A DNA stretch of 64,000 nt from an uncultured Alphaproteobacteria bacterium (GCA_902610845.1 CACLXJ010000003.1:36069-100068), one strand, 5' to 3'; shown: positions 41,919 through 51,854, numbered from the stretch's first letter. Program-made: numbers and translations. The notes: a model not told the origin generated them from the sequence alone.

Positions 41919-43751
41919 ATGAGAAAAGAACATCCAAGACCACAGTTTGTAAGAAAAGATTGGTTAAATTTAAATGGAGTTTGGACTTGTGAATATTCTA
42001 AAAATATTAAAGGTTTTAAAAAATCTAAATTAAATTCAAAAAAATTTTCAAAAAAAATAAATGTACCTTTTTGTCCTGAAAGTAAATTATCAGGAATTGG
42101 AAATACTGATTTTATGCAAGAAGTTTGGTACCATAAAAGTTTTAAATTAAATAATAATTGGAAAGACAAAAAAATATTCATTCATTTTGGCGGAGTTGAT
42201 TATAAGTGCGATGTTTTTGTAAACAAAATTAAAGTTGGTTCAAATATAGGTGGTCAAGCACCATTTAGTATCGATATTTCAAAAGCAGTAAATTTAACTA
42301 AAAATAACGATTTAATTGTTTATGTAATAGATGAAAGATGTCCTGGAAGTATGAACCCTTCTCCTTGGTATAAAGGAAGGTTTACACCAAAAAAAATAGC
42401 AATAGCAAAAAAATGGGCTTTAGATAAACGAAGAACTCAGCCTAGAGGAAAACAATCATCTTTTTTACATTCTTATCAATGTGTTTATACAAGAACAACT
42501 GGCATTTGGCAGACAGTTTGGCTAGAAGCTACTGATGAGAAACATATCAAGAGTGTTTCAATTGTTCCTAATTTAAAATCTTCATGTTTTGAATTCACAC
42601 CTAATTTTTCTGCAAATGTAAATGATAATTTTAAGGTTGATATTACATTTAAAAATAAAAAAATATCTTCTTCTATTTTCAATACAAAAATAAAAAAAAT
42701 TAAAATTAGAATTCCAAAACCAAAGTTGTGGTCTATTGAACAGCCAAACCTTTATGATTTTGTTTTTACTTTAATAAGTAAAAAAAATAATAAGACTTTA
42801 GATAAAGTTAAAAGTTATGGAGGAATGCGTTCTATAGAAGTAAAGAAAAATAAAGTATATCTTAATAACAAACCTCTTTATCAAAGACTTGTTTTAGATC
42901 AGGGCTTTTACCCAGATGGAATTTGGACTGCACCAACAGATAAAGCTCTAAAAAATGATATTATTTTATCAATGAAAGCTGGTTTTAATGGCGCAAGGTT
43001 ACATGAAAAGGTATTTGAAGATCGTTTTCATTATTGGGCTGATAAATTAGGCTACATTACTTGGGCTGAATGGGGGAATTGGGGAGCAAACGAAAATGCT
43101 AAAGGAACTGAGACTGCTTTTATGCATGAATGGCCGAAAATAGTAGAACATTTAAAAAACCATCCTTCAATTATAACATGGACTCCTTTTAATGAAACTA
43201 ATACTTTGGAATGTAATGCTCAACATAAAAAACTAATGCGTTTAGCATATGATGTAACAAAGAAAATAGATCCAACAAGACCAGTAAATGAAACAAGTGG
43301 TTATCAACATCAAAAAACAGATATTTGGACAGTACATCATTATGAACCAAAACCTGATAAATTAATGAAAGCTTTAAATCCTAAAAAAGGTGTTTATAGA
43401 AATTTTCCTAAGTTCGAAACATCCTATAAAAATCAACCTTATATAATTGATGAATATGGAGGGGCCTGGTGGCTTCCTTTAAACCTAAGAGATAAATTTT
43501 TTTCTTGGGGTCATGGAGATCATGTAAGACCTAAGTCAATTCAAGAAGTTTATGATCGTATGGATAGTTTAACTGAAGTAGTTTTAAAAACAAAACACAT
43601 TCAAGGATTTTGTTACACTCAACTAACTGATGTGGAGCAAGAAACTAATGGAGTATATCTTTACGATAGAAAAACAAAATTTAATATGAATAAGATTAAG
43701 AAAATATTTAAAAATAAATCTCTAAAACTAAAAAAAGGCTATATTCAGTAA
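41919..43751 (+). CDS. glycoside hydrolase family 2
   Basis: HFGGVDY, TGIWQTVWLE, LDQG, PFNE, DEYGG and YTQLTDVEQE motifs. Confidence 0.9.
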   Translation: MRKEHPRPQFVRKDWLNLNGVWTCEYSKNIKGFKKSKLNSKKFSKKINVPFCPESKLSGIGNTDFMQEVWYHKSFKLNNNWKDKKIFIHFGGVDYKCDVFVNKIKVGSNIGGQAPFSIDISKAVNLTKNNDLIVYVIDERCPGSMNPSPWYKGRFTPKKIAIAKKWALDKRRTQPRGKQSSFLHSYQCVYTRTTGIWQTVWLEATDEKHIKSVSIVPNLKSSCFEFTPNFSANVNDNFKVDITFKNKKISSSIFNTKIKKIKIRIPKPKLWSIEQPNLYDFVFTLISKKNNKTLDKVKSYGGMRSIEVKKNKVYLNNKPLYQRLVLDQGFYPDGIWTAPTDKALKNDIILSMKAGFNGARLHEKVFEDRFHYWADKLGYITWAEWGNWGANENAKGTETAFMHEWPKIVEHLKNHPSIITWTPFNETNTLECNAQHKKLMRLAYDVTKKIDPTRPVNETSGYQHQKTDIWTVHHYEPKPDKLMKALNPKKGVYRNFPKFETSYKNQPYIIDEYGGAWWLPLNLRDKFFSWGHGDHVRPKSIQEVYDRMDSLTEVVLKTKHIQGFCYTQLTDVEQETNGVYLYDRKTKFNMNKIKKIFKNKSLKLKKGYIQ

Positions 43752-43835
43752 AAATTAAATAAATCTTTGTGTGAAAAAAAATAAATAATTAAAGCTTTTA
43801 AAATTGAATCAAAGTTTCTATAAGATCTTAAAGAA

Positions 43836-44756
43836 ATGAATAACAAATATAAATACCAAGGTATGTGGCCAGTTGCACCAACGCCATTTCATGAGAATGG
43901 TGAAGTTGATTACGAAGGAATGGATAGAGTAATTGATTGTATGGTTGATCAAAAAGTTGAAGGTATTTGTATTTTAGCTAATTATTCTGAGCAATTTTTA
44001 ATTTCAGACGAAGAAAGAGAAAAATTAACAAAGCTTTGTATGAAAAAAATTGATGGTAGAGTTAAAACAATTGTTACAGTTTCTCATTTTGCTACTGACA
44101 TTGTGCGACCTCGAGCAGAATTAGCAAAATCACTGGGCGCAGATATTATAATGATGATGCCTCCATATCATGGCGCATTGTTAAAGGGTAATCCAGATCA
44201 AATATTTGAACAGTTTAATGAAATTTCTAAAGTTGGTATACCAATTATGATACAAGATGCGCCTTTATCTGGAATTGAACTTTCAGTACCTCTTCTTACA
44301 AAAATGATCAATGAAATTGAATACTTGACATGTTTTAAAATTGAAAGTGCTAATGCAGCATCAAAAATAAGAGCACTTATTCAAAACTGCAGTTCTAGAT
44401 TAGATGCACCTTTTGATGGAGAAGAAAGTATTACTTTATATGCTGACTTAGAGGCAGGAATTTCAGGTAGTATGAGTTCAGCATTACTTCCTGAAAAAAT
44501 TGCTCCTGTTATTGATCATTTTAGGAATAATGAAAAAGAAAAAGCTGAAGAAGTATATAATAATATTCTTCCTTTAATAAATTTTGAAAATAGACAATGT
44601 GGTTTTAGAGCTACAAAAACAGTAATGAAAGAGGGTGGAGTAATAAAATCAGACTTTTGTAGAGATCCTATTAAACCTCTAGATAAAGATACAAAAAATT
44701 TACTACTCAATTTTGCAAAAAGATATGATTTACTTACCTATAAATGGGGTAAATAA
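43836..44756 (+). CDS. araD: L-2-keto-3-deoxyarabonate dehydratase-like (DHDPS family)
   Basis: CILANYSEQF, MMMPPYHG, IQDAP, FKIE, DGEE and ENRQCG motifs typical of the Azospirillum-type L-KDA dehydratase; arabinofuranosidase context. Confidence 0.8.
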   Translation: MNNKYKYQGMWPVAPTPFHENGEVDYEGMDRVIDCMVDQKVEGICILANYSEQFLISDEEREKLTKLCMKKIDGRVKTIVTVSHFATDIVRPRAELAKSLGADIIMMMPPYHGALLKGNPDQIFEQFNEISKVGIPIMIQDAPLSGIELSVPLLTKMINEIEYLTCFKIESANAASKIRALIQNCSSRLDAPFDGEESITLYADLEAGISGSMSSALLPEKIAPVIDHFRNNEKEKAEEVYNNILPLINFENRQCGFRATKTVMKEGGVIKSDFCRDPIKPLDKDTKNLLLNFAKRYDLLTYKWGK

Positions 44757-44800
44757 AAAAATTTAATTGACAAACATTATTTAAAAATTAGTTATGATTT

Positions 44801-45319
44801 ATGCGTAATTTTTTAGAAGGTCTTCTTGAAAGAGCAATGTTTTCAAGCAGATGGGCATTAGCTCCTGTTTATGTTGCCCTATGTCTTACTTTACTAGTTA
44901 TTACATATAAAGTTATCACGTTATTCATTTATGAAATCACACACTTAGGTGACTTAACACTAAATGAACTTCTTGTATTTGTTCTACATATTGTTGATTT
45001 AGCTCTTGTCGGAAATTTAGTGTTAATGGTTATATTTGCTGGATATGAAAATTTTGTATCAAAAATTGATATTGCAAATCAGTCTGAAGATAAGCCTGAG
45101 TGGATGGGTAAACTAGATTTTTCAGGTTTGAAATTAAAACTTATTGCCTCAATAGTAGCTATTTCAAGTATCGGTTTGCTAGAAGCTTTTATTGATGTTG
45201 GTTCGAAAACATCAGAAGAAATCTACTTAATGATATTTATTCATGCTGTATTTATTTTATCAGGCTTAGTCATAGCAATAATGGATTATATTAGCGGAAT
45301 TACTAAACATCACCCATAA
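44801..45319 (+). CDS. UPF0114/TIGR00645 (YqhA-like) membrane protein
   Basis: SRWALAP, GYENFVSKID and LKLKLIASIVAISSI motifs. Confidence 0.88.
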   Translation: MRNFLEGLLERAMFSSRWALAPVYVALCLTLLVITYKVITLFIYEITHLGDLTLNELLVFVLHIVDLALVGNLVLMVIFAGYENFVSKIDIANQSEDKPEWMGKLDFSGLKLKLIASIVAISSIGLLEAFIDVGSKTSEEIYLMIFIHAVFILSGLVIAIMDYISGITKHHP

Positions 45320-45330
45320 TTAAATAAAAA

Positions 45331-46617
45331 ATGAAACTTGATAAGTTTTTCGATGAAAAAACTGTCATAGATATAAGTTTTTTTAATTTTTCGAATGCTG
45401 TAACTGCTGCATATTTTGCTAATCGAAATTTAGAGGTTCTAAGAGTTAATAAAAATTTTAAAAAATTCTTTCCTATTCTTAAAACAGTAAATAATATTCC
45501 TTTCACAAGTATTTTAGAACAGCTTGGAGTTGCAGATGAATATATTAAAAATTTTCAACAAAATTTAGAAAAAAATGGTTTTGTTATTATTCCAAAAATA
45601 GAAATCAAAATTGGTGATGAAATTAAAGTATATTCTTTACTTTCTACTTATACTGAAAACAAAGATTTCACTTTTTTAAATGGTATTCAAGGACAATTTG
45701 TGGATCGAACAGATGAATATAACCTTCGAAGGGAGAAGGAAGAATTACTTGATCAAAAATTAAGAGATAGAGAATTGATTGAAGAAAAAACTAAAAGATT
45801 AGAAAATATTGCTAATAGATTATCAAAATATCTTTCACCTCAAGTATATAAATCTATTTTTGATGAAGAAGAGTCAGGTAAAAAAACAAAAGAAAGCTAT
45901 GTCAGAAAAAATTTAACAATATTTTTCTCTGATATTGTGAATTTTACTGATTTATCTGATTCATTAGAAGCAGAAAAACTTGCTCTAATTTTAAATAATT
46001 ATCTAAGTGAAATGAGTTTAATTGCGATAAATTCAAATGCTACGATTGATAAATTTATAGGTGATGCAATTCTTTCCTTTCATGGTGCTCCTGAAACACT
46101 AGGTGATGAAAATGATGCTGTAAATTGCATAAGTATGGCATTAGAAATGAAAGAACGAGTTGCTGAGCTTCAGTCATTTTGGACTAGACAAGGTGTCAAA
46201 GATGGATTGAAGGTAAGATATGGTATTTCTTCTGGTTTTGTAAATGTTGGAGATTTTGGATCTAGTATAATGAGTGATTATACAGCTATAGGATCTTCTG
46301 TAAATTTAGCCTCTAGATTACAATCTATTGCTCCAGAAAATGAAATTATAATCTCTGATACGACATATAATTTAGTCAAAAATCAAATAAATTGCAAAGA
46401 GTATGAAGAAATAATCCCTAAAGGTTTTGTAAGACCCGTTAAAACTTACAAAGTAATTAGTTTTAAAAATAAAACTAATATTAAAACAAAAAAATCATAT
46501 TCAAAAAAAGGAAACCACGTGGATATTCAAATATTTGATAGTTCCGACATGAAAGCTGCAATTAAAGAATTAAAAAAACTTCAAGAAGATTTTAGTATAG
46601 AAATTGATGAAGAGTAG
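45331..46617 (+). CDS. class III adenylate cyclase with N-terminal PAS-like region and coiled coil
   Basis: FSDIVNFT, IDKFIGD and YTAIGSSVNLASRL motifs (ATP-specifying Lys and Thr). Confidence 0.9.
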   Translation: MKLDKFFDEKTVIDISFFNFSNAVTAAYFANRNLEVLRVNKNFKKFFPILKTVNNIPFTSILEQLGVADEYIKNFQQNLEKNGFVIIPKIEIKIGDEIKVYSLLSTYTENKDFTFLNGIQGQFVDRTDEYNLRREKEELLDQKLRDRELIEEKTKRLENIANRLSKYLSPQVYKSIFDEEESGKKTKESYVRKNLTIFFSDIVNFTDLSDSLEAEKLALILNNYLSEMSLIAINSNATIDKFIGDAILSFHGAPETLGDENDAVNCISMALEMKERVAELQSFWTRQGVKDGLKVRYGISSGFVNVGDFGSSIMSDYTAIGSSVNLASRLQSIAPENEIIISDTTYNLVKNQINCKEYEEIIPKGFVRPVKTYKVISFKNKTNIKTKKSYSKKGNHVDIQIFDSSDMKAAIKELKKLQEDFSIEIDEE

Positions 46618-46626
46618 GGGATTATT

Positions 46627-48297
46627 CTATTTTAAAAAATTAATTATTGCATTCTTAATATCATTAACAAGATTTTTATTTTCATCTTTAGATGCCTTAC
46701 TTTCACTTTTTTTCTTATTAAGTTTTAATTTTCTTTGAGCTAAAATATTTGCCACATAGTCATACACATTAGGATTTTTCGAAAAGATATCTTTAATAAT
46801 ATCTTTGCTTACTTTTATAACGATACAAGGAGTTTCAGCTATTACATTGGCAGATCTTGGTTCACCAGTAAGAAGACTACCTTCACCAACAAAATCTCCA
46901 ACACCAAGTTTGGCTAAAAATACTTTCTCTTTGTTTTCATTATCTAAATAAACAGATACTACACCGTCATTTATAACGTAAAGAGAATCTCCAGAGTCAT
47001 TTTGATTAATAATGTAATCATCTTTTTCAAAATGGAGCCTTACTGCATTTTCAGCAATTTCATCTAAATCTTCAGAATTTAAAGACATAAAAATAGGAAT
47101 TTTTTGAAGTAGAACTCTATTTTTTATTGACTCATTATAAGGATTAAATTCGCTAACTTGCCTTTTTTCAAAATCTTCTCGACTTCTATGTGTATCAAGA
47201 GCATGCAGTCCTGTATCTTCTTCAAGTTTTCCATAAAGTTTTCCAGCAGACATTTGAACACCTGCATGTCTTAAGGTTTTATGTATTTCCATCATAACAC
47301 TATCTTGCATCGAATTTTTTAAAATCCTTTTTGTGCAATCAAAAGCAACAACAAATTCTAATCCAAATTCATTAGCGCCTATAAAACGGACCCACTGTAA
47401 ATTTAATTGTTCTCTTCCATCAACTGGTTTAGCTTTTTTAAGAGCATTATAAAGTAACTTAGAGATATTTTCTGGATCATGAGAGGGGTGAAAATATAGT
47501 TTATTAAAAATATGGAACCCTTCACTCATTTTCTCTTTATCTTGCTTGCTCCAATTTGTTAAAATGGAATCTGCAACTATTTCATTCGGAATTATTACTT
47601 CAGTATTCTGAAATGTTCTTATTCTTGTACTTCTCCAGGTAATATTTTCTACATAACCTGTTTTATCATCAACAGTAATCCAATCATTTATAGAAAATGG
47701 TCTTTCAATATTTACAAAAATTCCTTTAATTAAATCTGATAAGCTTGATTGTAAAGAAAGAGCAATAGCAGCAAAAACTATACCACCTGCAGCAAGTATA
47801 CTTGTAAGCTCTAAATTAAAAACAAAAGATAAAACTAAAAATGAAGGTATGGCAAATAATAAAAACTGAAAAAGAAATGTTATTATCTCAGGTATTGTTG
47901 TTCCTGATTTTTCATTTAGTGATAATACTTCGTATTTATAAAACATCATTATGAATATTGATGGAATAAAATATAAAGTTATCAGTAAAATTTTATTTAT
48001 AAAGTTGCTTATAGATTGATTAATTAAAAAAAATTCCTTTTGAATAACTATATCATAAGAAAAATTTACCATTAGATATGATAAAATAGGAAGTATAATT
48101 ATAGTAATAAATACTCGTGTAAATTTCTTTAATTTATTTAGTTGTATTACAGATCCAATAATGAATAGAGAAATGAGTATATATAAAGAATTTAAAGTAA
48201 CAGCATTATTATAAAATAACAGAATAGATAAAATACATAATAAGCTTATTAAAATTATGCTAATCTTAGACAGTAGGTAAAAAATGTTAATTTTCAT
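46627..48297 (-). CDS. MscS-family channel with C-terminal cyclic nucleotide-binding domain
   Basis: ERPFSINDWI and ITWRST (MscS); GDSLYVI, GEGSLL and PRSANV (cNMP-binding). Confidence 0.9.
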   Translation of the reverse strand: MKINIFYLLSKISIILISLLCILSILLFYNNAVTLNSLYILISLFIIGSVIQLNKLKKFTRVFITIIILPILSYLMVNFSYDIVIQKEFFLINQSISNFINKILLITLYFIPSIFIMMFYKYEVLSLNEKSGTTIPEIITFLFQFLLFAIPSFLVLSFVFNLELTSILAAGGIVFAAIALSLQSSLSDLIKGIFVNIERPFSINDWITVDDKTGYVENITWRSTRIRTFQNTEVIIPNEIVADSILTNWSKQDKEKMSEGFHIFNKLYFHPSHDPENISKLLYNALKKAKPVDGREQLNLQWVRFIGANEFGLEFVVAFDCTKRILKNSMQDSVMMEIHKTLRHAGVQMSAGKLYGKLEEDTGLHALDTHRSREDFEKRQVSEFNPYNESIKNRVLLQKIPIFMSLNSEDLDEIAENAVRLHFEKDDYIINQNDSGDSLYVINDGVVSVYLDNENKEKVFLAKLGVGDFVGEGSLLTGEPRSANVIAETPCIVIKVSKDIIKDIFSKNPNVYDYVANILAQRKLKLNKKKSESKASKDENKNLVNDIKNAIINFLK

Positions 48298-48331
48298 TTT
48301 GTAATTTTTGCTATAAAGAATTTATATATAA

Positions 48332-49075
48332 ATGAATTCATTTTCAAAGTATTTATTCGAACACTTACATTTTGGTCTAGAAGAAAAGGATTTTACATTA
48401 ATTGAAAAAATCATATTCTTTCTAATCATATTGAACTGCGTTTTTGTTGTTATTGAGTCAGAAAAATTGATTTATGAACAATATTCTGAGCTCTTTAACT
48501 CAGCAAAACTGTTTTTTGGTATAATATTTTTAATTGAATATATTTGTAGATTAATTGCTGTTGATCAAATAGATAAATTTAAAGGATTCAATGGAAAGGT
48601 AAAATATATTTTTACATTACCGGCTTTAATTGATGCAATAGCACTTATTCCATTATTTTTGATTGGTATCAATGAGGGTTTCTTAGTAAGATTATTAAGA
48701 GCCATAAGAATATTTAGTATTCTTCGTTTTGGACGTTTTAGTGAGTCAGTAGATTTTATACTTCATGCAATATATGACAGAAGGCATGAATTATTTTTTT
48801 CACTACTTCTTACTTTAAGTTTGATGTTATTGTCGGCAACATTACTTTATGTCGTTGAAGGTGATTTACAGCCTGAAGCTTTCGGATCAATTCCAAGAGC
48901 TTTATGGGTTAGTTCTGCGGCTTTATTATCCACTGGTTATGGTGATTATACACCTATTACATTTTTAGGTAGATTTGCAGCAGTATGCACTGCATTATTT
49001 GGAATAGGGGCTGTTGCATTACCTGCAGGTATATTAGCAAGTGCCTTTACAGAAAGAAAAAGAAAAAAATATTAA
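48332..49075 (+). CDS. 6-TM voltage-gated-type potassium channel protein
   Basis: S4-like RLLRAIRIFSILR, pore GYGD, PAGILAS motif. Confidence 0.85.
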   Translation: MNSFSKYLFEHLHFGLEEKDFTLIEKIIFFLIILNCVFVVIESEKLIYEQYSELFNSAKLFFGIIFLIEYICRLIAVDQIDKFKGFNGKVKYIFTLPALIDAIALIPLFLIGINEGFLVRLLRAIRIFSILRFGRFSESVDFILHAIYDRRHELFFSLLLTLSLMLLSATLLYVVEGDLQPEAFGSIPRALWVSSAALLSTGYGDYTPITFLGRFAAVCTALFGIGAVALPAGILASAFTERKRKKY

Positions 49076-50901
49076 GCTGATTTTTCAACAATTTTAATAT
49101 TTGGAAACATTTTATTTGAAAATTCTAATAAATTATTATGTTTTTCATCCCCAGGTCTAAAATGTATATTGTTAACAGTCTTTTCCCAATTTATTTCTTT
49201 AAAATCATTTTCATACTTTTGATAGATAGGGTGATCTTTTACTTTACTTATATCTTCATTTTTAGAAATAGAAAATAAAATCATTAACCATGTAGAAGCT
49301 CCCAAATATTGAATTTTTTCACCCCATGAAATACACTTTTCAAAATCTTCTTTACAAAAGTAACCTATGGTTAATGCGTCATAACGAGAGCATGAAGTTG
49401 CAGCACCTTGAGGAATTGGATCAAGTTCTAATGCTTTATGAAGATGTTTTAATCCTTCATCAACATTATCAAGTTTTACTAAACAAGTTCCATATCTATC
49501 AAGAATTCTTGGATCATTAGGATTAATTGAATGACCCTTTTTGGCATGCTCAATAGATTTGTTAAAATCTTTATTACTATGCGCTATAGCAGAAGAAATT
49601 CTCAGTACTTCAAAGTCATTTTCATCTGCCTCAAGACTTTTTTTGACGTGTTCAAGACCCATATTCATCATTTTATCAGGATCTTCATAATAACCTTTTC
49701 CATAACCTCCGCCTATAGTGCAAGCCTTTAGAGCATGTGCTCGAGCATTAGTTTCATCAGTATTAATTGCTTTATCAAGCGCTTCTATGGCTTTTAAATT
49801 ATTATCTTTTCCAGATCTCACGTGATGATAGGTTCCTTTTATTAACCATTCATAAGAATTTAAATTTTCTGAAGGCTTTCTTTTAATTCTTTGCAAACTG
49901 CTTATTTCAATATTACCTAACAACTGTCGAGACATTTTCATCACAATTTCATCTTGTAAATCAAAAATATCTTCTATTACTCGATCGTATTTTTCACCCC
50001 ATAGATTTGAACCGTCACTAGCATCTGTTAAGTCAACACTTACTCGTATTCTTTTACCTGCAGATCTTATGTTACCTCCAATTAAATAATCAACAGAATG
50101 TTTTTTTGCAAATCCAAGTGCGTCTTCATCACTCTTTTTAAAATCCATAGATGTTTGATGTGAAAGTATTTCAAATTCTTGCATTCGAGAAAATTCTTGT
50201 ATTAAATCTCTGAAAACTCCTTCTACCAAAAATTCCGAATCTTCATCTTTACTCAAATTTTCAAAGGGTAGAATTGCTAGTTTAATTTTTTTAGCTTTAT
50301 TTATTTTAACTTGAGCTAATGGTTCACCAGATTTATTATTTGTTAACTTTTCCTCTTCTTTAAAGATGTCATCTTCATCTTTCAGTAAATTAGAAATTTT
50401 ATAAACGTCAAAATTTTCACTTATATTTTTTAAGTTCCGTGTGCCATCATTTTCAATCTTAGCATCCAATCTTTTATTGACTTGATCTTTAACAATAGTA
50501 GAAATTAAAATTCCTCCAGGTTCACATTCACTTTCAAGTCTAGCTGATACATTAACTCCTGAACCCATTATATTATCACCTTCAACGATGACATCATCTA
50601 CATGTATTCCAACTCGCCATTCTAATTTTAATTCTGTAATAGAATGATCATTTCTTTTATATATTTCATTTTGAAATTCTATTGCTGCTTTTAAGCAATT
50701 TACTGGTGAAGCAAATTCGCACACAACACTATCACCCTCAGTTTTAAATATCCGTCCACCAAATTCTATGATTTTAGCATCAATTATCTTACGACATTCA
50801 TTAAGATTGCGAAGAGTTTTTTCTTCACTTTCCTCCATATGTTTACTAAAATTCACACAATCAGTTGCAAGAATAGTAGCTAATTTACGATCAGAGTTCA
50901 T
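49072..50901 (-). CDS. adenylate/guanylate cyclase-TolB-like-TPR protein
   Basis: RKLATILATD, GDS, VNVSARLE; LAILPFEN; DIFDLQDEI; TPR-like repeats. Confidence 0.88.
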   Translation of the reverse strand: MNSDRKLATILATDCVNFSKHMEESEEKTLRNLNECRKIIDAKIIEFGGRIFKTEGDSVVCEFASPVNCLKAAIEFQNEIYKRNDHSITELKLEWRVGIHVDDVIVEGDNIMGSGVNVSARLESECEPGGILISTIVKDQVNKRLDAKIENDGTRNLKNISENFDVYKISNLLKDEDDIFKEEEKLTNNKSGEPLAQVKINKAKKIKLAILPFENLSKDEDSEFLVEGVFRDLIQEFSRMQEFEILSHQTSMDFKKSDEDALGFAKKHSVDYLIGGNIRSAGKRIRVSVDLTDASDGSNLWGEKYDRVIEDIFDLQDEIVMKMSRQLLGNIEISSLQRIKRKPSENLNSYEWLIKGTYHHVRSGKDNNLKAIEALDKAINTDETNARAHALKACTIGGGYGKGYYEDPDKMMNMGLEHVKKSLEADENDFEVLRISSAIAHSNKDFNKSIEHAKKGHSINPNDPRILDRYGTCLVKLDNVDEGLKHLHKALELDPIPQGAATSCSRYDALTIGYFCKEDFEKCISWGEKIQYLGASTWLMILFSISKNEDISKVKDHPIYQKYENDFKEINWEKTVNNIHFRPGDEKHNNLLEFSNKMFPNIKIVEKSA

Positions 50902-51004
50902 ATATTTTTTTTTTAACTAATTTTAGATATTATTTCTACTAAAATGTGTCAACTTACTCAAGAGAATCTAATTAAAATATTATAATATTAGTTAAGGAGC
51001 TTAT

Positions 51005-51421
51005 ATGGTTGAAGATTTTAATGGTATTTTTTACTTGATTTTATACATAATTAACATTGCATTAGCTGGTTATTATTCATTTACATTTTTATTTAATAAA
51101 GAAAAAGAATTCGCAAAATATAACACAGATTCAAGTGCTGCACCTGCAACGAATTTTGGAATTTTTTGGGTTACTGCTTTTTTCTTTGTTGGTCTTTATA
51201 TTTTATTTACTGGACCTGAAGGTACTTGGCCTTTCTTTATAATTAATGTTATTGTCTTTGCAATGGCAACTGTCTACAATTTTTGTTTTCATTTTAAAAT
51301 AGCTTTCCTTTTTGGAAGGGATAAGGTTAATTCGACAATAGAACAGCCAATTGTATCAGCAGTAGTTCTAGCGCTAAACTTAATTATAATTTATGGTTTA
51401 ACAGATAAAATTTATCTATAA
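51005..51421 (+). CDS. hypothetical 4-TM membrane protein
   Basis: AAGGAG RBS, hydrophobic helices, similar to the downstream gene. Confidence 0.75.
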   Translation: MVEDFNGIFYLILYIINIALAGYYSFTFLFNKEKEFAKYNTDSSAAPATNFGIFWVTAFFFVGLYILFTGPEGTWPFFIINVIVFAMATVYNFCFHFKIAFLFGRDKVNSTIEQPIVSAVVLALNLIIIYGLTDKIYL

Positions 51422-51441
51422 TAATTTAAAAAGGAGTAATT

Positions 51442-51852
51442 ATGGTTGAAAATTTTGGAGGTACTTTAAATCTAATTTTATTTTTAATTAATTTATTAGG
51501 CATATCTTACTATGGTTTCCTAACTGTATTTTCACCAAATTCACTTGTTACAAGATATGATTTAGGAGAAAAGGCTCTGCCAATTGTAAGAATCATAGGA
51601 ACATTTATTGTGCCAATTGTAATAATTGGAATTTGGATATTATTTAGAGAAAACGGACCTCAATCTTGCTGGATATTTTTTGTAAACGGATTTTTACTTT
51701 CTTTTGCTCAAGTTATTTTAAGTTGGGCTCAAAGATTTAAATTTATAGACCCGGATGCAAAAAGTGATGTTGCTGATGAAGTAATAGGGCATGTATTTTT
51801 ATTTATAGCAATATATCTTATATATAATATGTCAGATATAATTTATATGTAA
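51442..51852 (+). CDS. hypothetical 4-TM membrane protein (tandem paralog)
   Basis: AAGGAG RBS; shares MVExFxG, GP...W.FF and D.IY motifs with the upstream gene. Confidence 0.75.
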   Translation: MVENFGGTLNLILFLINLLGISYYGFLTVFSPNSLVTRYDLGEKALPIVRIIGTFIVPIVIIGIWILFRENGPQSCWIFFVNGFLLSFAQVILSWAQRFKFIDPDAKSDVADEVIGHVFLFIAIYLIYNMSDIIYM

Positions 51853-51854
51853 CT

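Noticed and set aside
45331..48297. Cyclase plus cNMP-binding membrane protein as a Pycsar anti-phage system
   Set aside because: The genes are convergent rather than operonic, the cyclase has ATP-type specificity residues, and the effector is a full MscS channel rather than a PycTM or PycTIR protein
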